This document shows, in pieces, positions 1-8,166 of a DNA stretch of 24,722 nucleotides. Origin of the DNA: an uncultured bacterium (GTDB lineage: Bacteria; Cyanobacteriota; Cyanobacteriia; PCC-6307; Cyanobiaceae); assembly GCA_964352195.1 (NCBI GenBank), contig CAYGQY010000002.1:1-24722 (forward strand). Direction: 5' to 3'. The notes beneath the pieces are model-generated. The model was not told the origin of the DNA. It saw nothing but the letters and a program-made list of their open reading frames with translations, and ran no database searches. The translations under genes were made by a program, and so were the position numbers. The first letter of the stretch is position 1. Each line of letters starts with the position of its first letter.

Positions 1-160
1 CCCAGGTGCTGTCGTCCTGCCAGTCGAAGCGCGGCTGCGTGGAGCGGGAGACGGGCCGGACCCGCCGTCCCTGGGCGATGAGGCGGTCCGTGACGCGACG
101 GCCGGTCTTGCCGCTCGCTCCGATCACCAGGGTCGTTCCGTTGCGATTCGTGTTCTGCAT
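1..160 (-). CDS. NmrA-like / NAD(P)H-binding Rossmann-fold protein, 5' part only (runs off the window)
   Basis: Manual translation from ATG at 160 gives MQNTNRNGTTLVIGASGKTGRRVTDRLIAQGRRVRPVSRSTQPRFDWQDDSTW, containing a GxxGxxG dinucleotide-binding motif. It is divergent from AraC and absent from the ORF track. Confidence 0.85.
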   Translation of the reverse strand, partial: MQNTNRNGTTLVIGASGKTGRRVTDRLIAQGRRVRPVSRSTQPRFDWQDDSTW

Positions 161-265
161 GAGGTGGATGGCGTGGTCGTGGGTCTCACCCCCAGCCCGG
201 CCTGCCGAGCCTGTTGAGGGCGCCCCTGAATCCTCTGCGGGGAGCGCCGCCTGGGCCATCGCCGA

Positions 266-291
266 GATGCTCAGTTCCATATCCGAGCGTC
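266..291. promoter_or_regulatory. Imperfect inverted repeat in the divergent NmrA/AraC intergenic region, candidate operator
   Basis: GATGCTC-N12-GAGCGTC (6/7 match), about 20 bp upstream of the AraC ATG. Confidence 0.35.
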
Positions 292-311
292 CAGCCAATA
301 CCGTGCCGGCC

Positions 312-1256
312 ATGGATCCATTCGCAGGTCTGCTCGACGGTCCGCGCGCGCGGGGCGCCTTCTCGCTCCGCACCGTGATGACGCCGCCGTGGTCGCTGCG
401 GATCCTCGCCGAGTCCCCCATCACGGTGCTGGCGATCGTGCGCGGACACGCTTGGGTCGTCCCCGACGACGGCCAGCCGGTGCGCCTTGTCGCCGGTGAT
501 GTCGCCGTGACCCGCGCACCGGCTCACTACAACGTCGCGGACGATCCGGCGACGGTGCCCGAGATTGTGATCCACCCCGGCCAGCGCTGCTGCAACCGCG
601 ACGGCGAGTCGATCGAGGCTGAGCTGATGCACGGCGCCCGGACCTGGGGCAACGACCCGAACGGTTCGACGCTGATGCTCGTCGGCGCCTACGAGTCGAC
701 CAGCGACATCAGCGACCGACTGCTGCGCGCCCTGCCGCCGGTTCTGTCGCTGTCGAACGACACGTGGAATTCGCCGCTCATCGCCCTGCTGTGCGACGAG
801 ATGGCCAAGGAGGGTCCTGGCCAGGCCGCCGTGCTGGACCGTCTGATCGACCTCCTGCTGATCGCGATCCTGCGCGCCTGGTTCACCCGACCCGATGCCG
901 ACAGCCCGACCTGGTATCGGGCGCAGAGCGACCCGGTGGTGAGTCGTGCGCTGCAGGCGATGCACGACGACCCGGCATGCCCCTGGACGCTCGCGAAGCT
1001 CTCGCGGGAGGTCGGGGCCTCGCGCGCCGCGCTCTCACGGCGGTTCCAGGACGTTGTCGGGGAGTCGCCGATGAAGTTCCTGACCAGCTGGCGACTCGCG
1101 CTCGCCGCCGACATGCTCTGCGACCCGGAGGCCACAGTCGGCACGGTTGCCAACGCCTTGGGCTACAGCACCCCTTTCGCGCTGAGCACAGCCTTCAAGC
1201 GCGTCCGCGGAATCAGCCCGCAGGAGCACAGGGTGCGTTCGATAGCGCCCTCTTGA
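312..1256 (+). CDS. AraC-family transcriptional regulator (N-terminal cupin-like domain, C-terminal double HTH)
   Basis: Probable start MDPFAGLLDGPRARGAF at 312 (the track over-extends to 6). The C-terminus has WTLAKLSREVGASRAALSRRF...VANALGYSTPFALSTAFKRVRGISP, typical of the AraC HTH. Confidence 0.93.
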   Translation: MDPFAGLLDGPRARGAFSLRTVMTPPWSLRILAESPITVLAIVRGHAWVVPDDGQPVRLVAGDVAVTRAPAHYNVADDPATVPEIVIHPGQRCCNRDGESIEAELMHGARTWGNDPNGSTLMLVGAYESTSDISDRLLRALPPVLSLSNDTWNSPLIALLCDEMAKEGPGQAAVLDRLIDLLLIAILRAWFTRPDADSPTWYRAQSDPVVSRALQAMHDDPACPWTLAKLSREVGASRAALSRRFQDVVGESPMKFLTSWRLALAADMLCDPEATVGTVANALGYSTPFALSTAFKRVRGISPQEHRVRSIAPS

Positions 1257-1340
1257 GGCATGGCCGGGATAGGAACCTGCCCTCGCTGATGGCCCCCCAG
1301 CACGAAGTGAGGTTGCGTGACGTCTCTCAGGTTGTGTAGG

Positions 1341-1540
1341 TGGGGTTCCCCCGATTTCATGGACACCGATCAGGGGTTCGCAGGGGTGAGTGTACGGATA
1401 GCGATGAACTGCTGCTCGTAGTCGATCGGACCGAGGTAACCGATCGACGAGTGTTGCCTTTCGCGGTTGTAATAGCCCACAATCCAGAAGACCAGATCTC
1501 GCTGCAGTTGCTGAGGACTGATGGGCACCCGACGATTGTC
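1341..1540 (-). mobile_element. IS3-family remnant A: OrfB C-terminus plus right terminal IR
   Basis: A minus frame reads DNRRVPISPQQLQRDLVFWIVGYYNRERQHSSIGYLGPIDYEQQFIAIRTLTPANP*, the IS3 'YYNxxRxHSxIGYxxP' signature. The terminus TGGGGTTCCCCCGATTTCATGGACAC starts at 1341. Confidence 0.85.
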
Positions 1541-1544
1541 AGAG

Positions 1545-2578
1545 TGACGGGGCCCCGAAAACCGGTCCAGGGTGAATGAGAGTCCTCAGCCGGCCAGACA
1601 AGGAGGCCAGACGGCTGACCCAGCTGGAGAAGGAGAACGCCCGGCTCAAGAAGCTGCTGGCGAAGGCAGAACTGGAATAGGCGATGCTGTAGCCCTTGGC
1701 TTCTGCAAAGCAGTAGGGTCTTGAGGTGGGAAACTTCTGAGCCCGGAACGCCGGTGCGCTGCGACAGGGCCGTCATGGTCCTGCAGGAGCGTTTCCGGGC
1801 ATCAGAACGCCTGGCCTGCCGGGTGGTGGGCCAACACCGCAGCACCCAGCGCCACAGCGGCAAGGTCGTCTCCATCGAGGAGGCCAAGCTCAGGGATCGT
1901 CTGCGGGAGATCGCCGCTGAGTACATCCGCTGGGGTCGCCGAGTGGCCTATCGCCTGCTGTGGCGGGAGGAAGGCCTGCAGCGGCCCAGTCCCAGGAAGC
2001 GAAAGCGGGCACGGCCCGCAGACGGCTCGGTCCGGCGCCACCGGGGCGAGCATCCCCACCAGGTGTGGGGCATGGACTTCCAGTTCGATGCCACCGCTGA
2101 TGGCCGCAGGCTCAAGTTTCTGAACGTGATCGATGAGCACAGCGGCTTCTGCCTGGCCATCCGGGTGGACAGGCGCTGCAAGGCCAAGGATGTGGTGGCG
2201 GTGCTGGAGGAGCTCACCAGTCTCCACCCCGCACCTGCATTCATCCGGTCCGATAACGGGCCTGAGTTCATCGCTCAAGCTCTACGGGGCTGGTGCAAGA
2301 GCAGCGGTACCACCATGGCTACATCGAGCCTGGATCACCCTGGCAGAACGGTATATACGAGTCGTTCAACAGCCGGTTCAGGGATGAGTTCCTCATCACA
2401 GTGCTGTTCGCCATGGTGGCCGAGGCGCAGGGGCCTGGCCAATCGTTGGCTATGGGAGCCTAACACTGTCAGGCCCCTTGCTGACTTCCAGGGGGATGCG
2501 CCCCTGGAAGTCAGCTCACCAGCTGCAGCATGACCACCCACTCTCATTCGGCCTGGACTAATGAAGGGGGTCACGTCA
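1545..2578 (+). mobile_element. IS3-family element B, both ends present but internally deleted and frameshifted
   Basis: IRL TGACGGGGCCCC...GTCCAGGGTGAATGAGAGT (1545-1583) and IRR ending ...TCACGTCA (2578) match at 28/39. The OrfA remnant EARRLTQLEKENARLKKLLA has TAG stops. A slippery GGGAAAC lies at 1728-1734. OrfB has VWGMDF and SDNGPEF, with YIEPGSPWQNG..ESFN appearing only after a frameshift near 2315. Confidence 0.92.
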
Positions 2579-2622
2579 GGGTAGTCGATGCATAGGAGCA
2601 TGAACCTCATGGAACTTGACAG

Positions 2623-2847
2623 CTAGGCGGCCTGGGCACCCAACCTGCTGGCCCCCTGGACCCTCCGGCTGGTTCGCTGCACCGGTGGTTGGGCCTCCAG
2701 CAACCGCCGTTCACTGCTTGAATCCAGCACGACGTGCACTCGGCGCTGAAGAGCATCCTGATAGGGGGCGAGCTCCAGTCCCTCCGGCACCACCCGGAAG
2801 CGACGGATTGCACCGTCTCTGAGTAGAAATAACGGCATGGCCATCAT
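2623..2847 (-). CDS. Small hypothetical protein (74 aa)
   Basis: GAGGAG ribosome-binding site about 9 nt upstream of the ATG, co-oriented with the upstream channel gene, no recognisable motif. Confidence 0.45.
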   Translation of the reverse strand: MMAMPLFLLRDGAIRRFRVVPEGLELAPYQDALQRRVHVVLDSSSERRLLEAQPPVQRTSRRVQGASRLGAQAA

Positions 2848-2937
2848 CCGCTGGTCTCCTCAGGAAGCCACCACTCAGCCGTGTTGTCCAGACCGGGGAT
2901 GACGTCCATCCCACCCATAGAGGTATTCGAGGTGACG

Positions 2938-4833
2938 TTAAGATTCGATCAGCTCGCAGCCGATGCTGAAGCGGCCCAGCTCTTCGCGGAGTTGCTCGGC
3001 CACGTCCCGATCCAGTAACGGCGAAAGGTGCGTGCCGCCGTCGAGCAGGTGGACCACGTCGCCGATCGCGCAACCCATGCGGCGGGCCAGCAGTTGATGC
3101 AGCTCGAAGAGCGATTCAGGGGAGACGTGAACGGGGCCCCGGATACGCAACCGGCTATCGGGCGCACTGGCAATCCCTCCTTCGATCCGTCGCAGCCCCG
3201 CCATCGTGGCCAGGACAAGCAGTTGGTCGCCGGCATCAAGCATCAGCTGGTTGGGGGGAAGCGAAAGGTGGGTGTGGGAGCGGTGGCGTCGCAGTGACAC
3301 CACGGTGACGCCGTAGCCGTTCTCCAGTCGCGCAATACTGTTTCCACAGAGGGTGTCCCCGCTGACCAACTGATACCTCACCAGGAGCAGGTTGTTGGAG
3401 CCGATTCGGAGCACCCCCTCCACCCGCTCACCGAAGGCTGTGGCAACCACGGAATCGGCCACCAGATCAACAGTAGAGATCACGGTTAGGCCACCGAGCA
3501 TCTCGCCCAGTGGTTCGGCAGCACCAAAATCATGGGCGAGGATCACCAAGCGGGTGTCCGGCCAGTGCCTCTGAACGGCGAGAGCGCCGTGCAGATTCAT
3601 AAGCAAATCACTCGACAGAAAGGCAGCGGCCAGTAGCTCATGCCGCACGAGGTCGTTGACGGCTTCCAACAGGACGCGATAAGTGGGAGTACGAGGGTCC
3701 GCCAGGGGATCCCCTTCTGCCTGCACCCGCACTACGGGGATTGTTTCGGCGCGCAGCTCACCCCCCACTCGTCGGGCTAGCGCAGCGCCGTCCACGAGCA
3801 GAACCGGCTGGGCGTGGCGTCCTAGAACTCTGGAAACGGGAACTCCCAGCCGTTCCCGTAAAAGACGCTCCAGGATCACTGCCACCAGCGCCGAGGTGAG
3901 CAGCGTGCCGATCAGGGAATACAACAGCGTGCCCCCGATCAGCCAGCCATTCATCGCCTGCAGACCCTGTTTGCCCTCCAGAACCACGTTCACTGGGTCC
4001 ACGTACTCTCCCTTCAACAGAGACAGGGTGACGAATGTCCCCTGCTTCCACCCCCCGGAGCGGGAAAAGAGCCCCAAACCCACTAGCAGAAGGCCTAACA
4101 ACAGTGCGATGACACCAAGCAGCCGGGGGGGGCGCGCCAACCACCAGCGCATGAGTGGCGCGACGGAGATCAGCCGCTTCAACCGTCTCAGGAGGCTCGG
4201 TGAGATCCGTCTCGACAATGGCCCAGAGCCTTCGCTGGATTCACGGGCGGAGCCGGTGAGGCAAGAGGCGGGGGTCAGCAGGACTTCGGGCCCGCCCGTT
4301 GCGTTGGGGCTCAGGTGAATCCGTCGCTGGAGGTGGTGGTCGCTCCATGGAGCCTTGATGATCGCGTAGCGTTGACCATCCGCCAAAAAGCAGGCATCGA
4401 AAGGACCAGGATGCACTGCGGCATTGATGGCACTGGCCGTGAGCAGCACGGGATCAACCACCGCGATCCCCGGCAGTCGATCCTCCAGCAGGGCGGCCAG
4501 GTCAGCTGACTGGCTGGAGGAGCGAACCACAACCTGAGCCTCTGGGTTGAGCAGGCGTACCTGCAGAGCCGCTTCTAGATTCACCGTCGCATCAGGCGTG
4601 AGCAGCATCACGGCCCGGGCTTGATGGGCCCCCGCGCGCCTTAGAGCCTGGGCCTCACGCATGTCTCCCAGCACCATCTCCTCGCTCAGCCGCTCAGCCA
4701 GCCGCTGATCCCGCCAGTGTGGAACCCGCACATCCAGGCAGCGCAAGGGCACACCGAAGCTGAACAGGCGATCCAGACAGGCCTGACCGAGGGAGCCCAG
4801 ACCGCAGACGAGCACAGGAGCAGCTCCGACCAT
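2938..4833 (-). CDS. RCK/TrkA-domain ion-channel-like membrane protein (TrkA_N - TM/pore/TM - degenerate TrkA_N - TrkA_C)
   Basis: N-terminal VLVCGLGSLG (GxGxxG) and GDMRE..L..AG..ARAV, two hydrophobic segments (LLGVIALLLGLLLVGLGLF; LIGGTLLYSLIGTLLTSALVAVIL), and TrkA_C-like L.GNSIARLE..YGVTVVSL.R...L.AGDQLLVLA. The ATG at 4833 is preferred over the TTG at 4848. Confidence 0.85.
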   Translation of the reverse strand: MVGAAPVLVCGLGSLGQACLDRLFSFGVPLRCLDVRVPHWRDQRLAERLSEEMVLGDMREAQALRRAGAHQARAVMLLTPDATVNLEAALQVRLLNPEAQVVVRSSSQSADLAALLEDRLPGIAVVDPVLLTASAINAAVHPGPFDACFLADGQRYAIIKAPWSDHHLQRRIHLSPNATGGPEVLLTPASCLTGSARESSEGSGPLSRRISPSLLRRLKRLISVAPLMRWWLARPPRLLGVIALLLGLLLVGLGLFSRSGGWKQGTFVTLSLLKGEYVDPVNVVLEGKQGLQAMNGWLIGGTLLYSLIGTLLTSALVAVILERLLRERLGVPVSRVLGRHAQPVLLVDGAALARRVGGELRAETIPVVRVQAEGDPLADPRTPTYRVLLEAVNDLVRHELLAAAFLSSDLLMNLHGALAVQRHWPDTRLVILAHDFGAAEPLGEMLGGLTVISTVDLVADSVVATAFGERVEGVLRIGSNNLLLVRYQLVSGDTLCGNSIARLENGYGVTVVSLRRHRSHTHLSLPPNQLMLDAGDQLLVLATMAGLRRIEGGIASAPDSRLRIRGPVHVSPESLFELHQLLARRMGCAIGDVVHLLDGGTHLSPLLDRDVAEQLREELGRFSIGCELIES

Positions 4834-4921
4834 CCTCGATAGCTCCAAAACATTTCTCGTGCAGGGACTCGTAGAAACCGCGGCGGCTGCCTGAGTCCAT
4901 CAGGCGGTGGGCATGGGTCGA

Positions 4922-5134
4922 TCAGGCATGCCAATGCAGATCAATGCTGGCGTTGAGGGCTCCGTGGAGGCAGGGCAATTCTCTTGCCAGTCCGGCATCG
5001 AGCTGATGGGCGAGTGACTCGGCGAGCACCTGGAGATCGCGCTGGTCCCCCAGGCCGGAGTCAATAAAAGATCTGAGCTGTTCCAGGTCATTATCATGAT
5101 AGAAGGCATGTGTACCTCAGCTTGGACAGGACAT
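4922..5134 (-). pseudogene. Hidden 70-codon ORF with in-frame TGA at codon 6 (MSCPS*GTHAFY...)
   Basis: Manual translation gives MSCPS*GTHAFYHDNDLEQLRSFIDSGLGDQRDLQVLAESLAHQLDAGLARELPCLHGALNASIDLHWHA*. The TGA is at 5117-5119. This frame reads as an amphipathic helical protein, unlike the track's Ser/Pro-rich 4900..5109 frame. Confidence 0.55.
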
Positions 5135-5154
5135 TGAGTGGTGCCTATGGGAAA

Positions 5155-5208
5155 TTGCCAATGAGTTGCGAATGAGTTAACTCGAGCCCGAGGGTGTCAA
5201 TAAACACC
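5155..5208 (-). promoter_or_regulatory. Candidate promoter/operator cluster upstream of the small ORF and channel gene
   Basis: On the minus strand: GGTGT-N6-ACACC (5193-5208) overlapping a perfect TTGACA, the palindrome GAGTTAACTC, and an 11-bp-period repeat AACTCATTCGC AACTCATTGGC AA (5155-5178). Confidence 0.4.
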
Positions 5209-5407
5209 TACGTATGTCTTCAGTGCGGAGGTCGTAGCCTAACGAATGAGCAGGACAGGCTCTACCATCCCAAGGCCGGACATCTCCTGCAGGGCTTCTT
5301 TCACATGACGCCCCTCTCGGCCGGAAGCCCAACTGAGCCAAAAGGACTCACTGAATAACAATGGGGAAGGCGGCAGTCCGCTTGAGAAAAGATCAGCACA
5401 CTCTGAA

Positions 5408-7942
5408 TCAATCTCCGTCTGACATCACTACATGCAGGGGGTTAACCCTCCAGATGCGCTCGGCGTACTCTGTAACTGAGCGGTCTGACGAGAAGAAGCC
5501 ACTGAGTGCCGAATTGATCAGAGATTTGTGGTTCCACTTTGGTCGTTGGGACCAAGTTTTGCTAACGGTATCCTGGGTGCCGAGATAGTCGCTGAAATCG
5601 GCCAAAACTAGGTAGGGGTCGTGACCGAGAATATTGTCGACCAGAGGCCTGAAGAGATCACAGTCTCCGTTGCTGAAGTGGCCTTTCCCGATCAGCGAGA
5701 AGGCCTCCTTCACCAAAGGCATCGTTTCCAACAGCTCCCAAGGACGATAGTGCTCACGCAGCTGGGCAATTTGCTCGGTTGTCTTGCCAAACAGGAAGAA
5801 GTTGTCGGCTCCCACCTGCTCACGGATTTCGACATTAGCGCCATCTAGAGTCCCAATCGTGAGGGCGCCGTTCATCGTGAACTTCATGTTTCCTGTGCCG
5901 GAAGCCTCCAGACCGGCTGTGGAGATCTGCTCGGACAGGTCTGCCGCTGGATAAACTCTTTCACCCAATTTCACATTGTAGTCGGCGAGGAAGACCACAT
6001 TCAATAAGCCACGAACATCGGGGTCGTTGTTGACCACTTCTGCAATGCCATTGATGAAGCGGATGATCAGCTTGGCCATCGTATAGCCAGGAGCTGCTTT
6101 GCCACCAAAGATGACGGTCCTCGGCACCATTCCGTCCGTCATTCCGTGCTTGATGCGTAGGTACTGAGCAATCACCTGCAGAGCATTAAGATGCTGGCGC
6201 TTGTATTCATGGATCCGCTTGACCTGGATATCGAACAGGGTCGTGGGATCCACTAGCACACTGGATTGCTGATCCACGATTACTGCCAGCCGGCGTTTGC
6301 AGCTGAGCTTGCAGGCCGCCCAGCGCTCCAGGAAGGAAGGATCGTTTTCATAGCTGACCAACTCCCGCAAGGAATCGGGCCGTCCTGGCCAGTCAGCACC
6401 AATCATCTCGCTCAGCAGATCGTTCAATGGCGGGTTCGCCAAAGCCAACCAGCGACGGGGGGTCACCCCATTGGTGACATTGGTGAATTTCCCCGGCCAG
6501 AGCCGGGCGAAATCGGGGAACAAGCTGGTCTTGACCAGTTTGCTGTGCAGTGCCGCCACCCCGTTGACGTGGTGGCAGCCAACGGTGGCCAGATTGGCCA
6601 TACGCACGGTCTTGCTCCCCTCCTCGTCGATGATTGAGATGCGGCGAAGGATCTCATTGTCGCCCGGACAGTGAAGCCTCACCTGCTGCAGGAATCGGCC
6701 ATTGATCTCATAGATGAGTTGTAGGTGGCGCGGGAGCAGCGACCGGAATAACTCCAGATCCCACTTCTCCAGGGCCTCGGGTAAGAGAGTGTGATTGGTA
6801 TAGCTCAGCGAACGGGTGGTAATATCCCAAGCCGAGTCCCATGCCAGACGATGTTGATCGACTAGCAGGCGCATCAATTCGGCGACGGCGATCGCGGGGT
6901 GGGTGTCGTTCAGCTGAACTGCCCAGTGGTCGTGGAAGTCCTGCACCGGAATGCCCCGTTGGGTCAGGCTGCGGAGCATGTCCTGCAATGAGCAACTGAC
7001 GAAGAAATACTGCTGCTTGAGCCGCAGCCGGCGCCCCGCATCAGTGCCGTCATTTGGATACAACACCTTGGAGAGAGTCTCCGAGGCCACCTTCTCTTCC
7101 ACGGCTCGGCAATAGTCCCCTGAGTTGAACGCCTGAAAGTCGAAGGACACAGCAGCTTCGGCTTGCCAGAGACGCAGCCGATCGCAGGTATTGACTCGAT
7201 AACCCAAGATGGGAACATCATGCGGAATCCCGGTCACTGTCTCGTCAGGGAACCATTGCACTTGGTGATGGCCGTTGTCGTCCTGGTGCTGCTCAATATG
7301 GCCACCAAAGCCCACCTGGCAGAACTTCTCGGGCTGGACAAGTTCCCAGGGCCATCCACCTTTGAGCCACTTGTCGGTGATTTCCACCTGCCAACCGTCT
7401 TGGATGATTTGATCGAAGATCCCAAACTCATAGCGAATGCCGTAGCCAGTAGCCGGAATCTCTAGTGTGGCAAGGGATTCCATGTAGCAGGCAGCAAGGC
7501 GACCCAGACCTCCATTCCCCAAGCCAGGTTCCTCTTCTTCTACCAGGATCTCCTCGAAGTTCTGGATGCCGAAACGTTGCAAGGCCTGGGCAGCTTCCTG
7601 CTGAATACCGAGCATTAGCAAATTGTTTTCAAGCTGTGGGCCAATCAGGAACTCAGCCGAGAGATAGGCTACAGCCTTGGGTTGCTGCACCTGAAGGGTA
7701 TCCTTATAGGCCAGATGGCGAGTTATCAATCGGTCCCTCACCGCATAGCTGAGAGCCATGTAGAGGTCATGCCGATTCGCGTCCTTGGCGCGGCGTCCCA
7801 ATGTGAAGAACAAGTGCTCCGTGATGCCATCGAACAGATCGTTTGAGGTCAGGCCAGTGCGCTGAGGATCTCTGTAGCTGGATGGGTCAGGCAGGCCCAG
7901 GGGCTCGAAACGTCGTGGTTGGGGCAAGGTGCTGCCAGTCAT
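5408..7942 (-). CDS. glgP: Glycogen/starch/alpha-glucan phosphorylase (844 aa), intact
   Basis: Motifs GLGNGGLGRLAAC, LRLKQQYFF, QLNDTHP, YTNHTLLPEALE, TNGVTPRRW, QVKRIHEYKRQ, FGGKAAPGY and the PLP-lysine motif EASGTGNMKF. Confidence 0.98.
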   Translation of the reverse strand: MTGSTLPQPRRFEPLGLPDPSSYRDPQRTGLTSNDLFDGITEHLFFTLGRRAKDANRHDLYMALSYAVRDRLITRHLAYKDTLQVQQPKAVAYLSAEFLIGPQLENNLLMLGIQQEAAQALQRFGIQNFEEILVEEEEPGLGNGGLGRLAACYMESLATLEIPATGYGIRYEFGIFDQIIQDGWQVEITDKWLKGGWPWELVQPEKFCQVGFGGHIEQHQDDNGHHQVQWFPDETVTGIPHDVPILGYRVNTCDRLRLWQAEAAVSFDFQAFNSGDYCRAVEEKVASETLSKVLYPNDGTDAGRRLRLKQQYFFVSCSLQDMLRSLTQRGIPVQDFHDHWAVQLNDTHPAIAVAELMRLLVDQHRLAWDSAWDITTRSLSYTNHTLLPEALEKWDLELFRSLLPRHLQLIYEINGRFLQQVRLHCPGDNEILRRISIIDEEGSKTVRMANLATVGCHHVNGVAALHSKLVKTSLFPDFARLWPGKFTNVTNGVTPRRWLALANPPLNDLLSEMIGADWPGRPDSLRELVSYENDPSFLERWAACKLSCKRRLAVIVDQQSSVLVDPTTLFDIQVKRIHEYKRQHLNALQVIAQYLRIKHGMTDGMVPRTVIFGGKAAPGYTMAKLIIRFINGIAEVVNNDPDVRGLLNVVFLADYNVKLGERVYPAADLSEQISTAGLEASGTGNMKFTMNGALTIGTLDGANVEIREQVGADNFFLFGKTTEQIAQLREHYRPWELLETMPLVKEAFSLIGKGHFSNGDCDLFRPLVDNILGHDPYLVLADFSDYLGTQDTVSKTWSQRPKWNHKSLINSALSGFFSSDRSVTEYAERIWRVNPLHVVMSDGD

Positions 7943-8166
7943 GGATTTCTGGAGGGCATGTTCCCTTCAACCTGACCACCAGCTGGACTGCTGAGGTTAA
8001 GGGACAGACAACATCTGCTGAATGGAAGCATCACTTAACACACTACCCTTTTGCTTCTTCCCAATGAAAGACCAAGTCAGCATCTCTCGAATAGTTATGA
8101 TTACTTCTGAATCCATTCTGCAGTCAACAGCAGACTGGATCTGCTGTTCGCGCACCAGTCATTGAG

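Noticed and set aside
6-311. N-terminal 102 aa of the 416-aa AraC ORF
   Set aside because: It overlaps the divergent NmrA-like gene and the promoter region. Family similarity starts at the Met at 312.
1163-1366. Minus-strand frame LHNLRDVTQPHFVLGGHQRGQV next to the IS end as a gene remnant
   Set aside because: It is too short, has no recognisable family, and overlaps both the IS terminus and the AraC 3' end.
4900-5109. 69-aa track ORF MPSIMIMTW...
   Set aside because: It has Ser/Pro-rich off-frame composition. The overlapping 4922-5134 frame is more protein-like.
186-7752. Numerous antisense or alternative-frame ORFs over AraC, the channel gene and glgP
   Set aside because: These are shadow ORFs expected in GC-rich coding DNA and carry no motifs.
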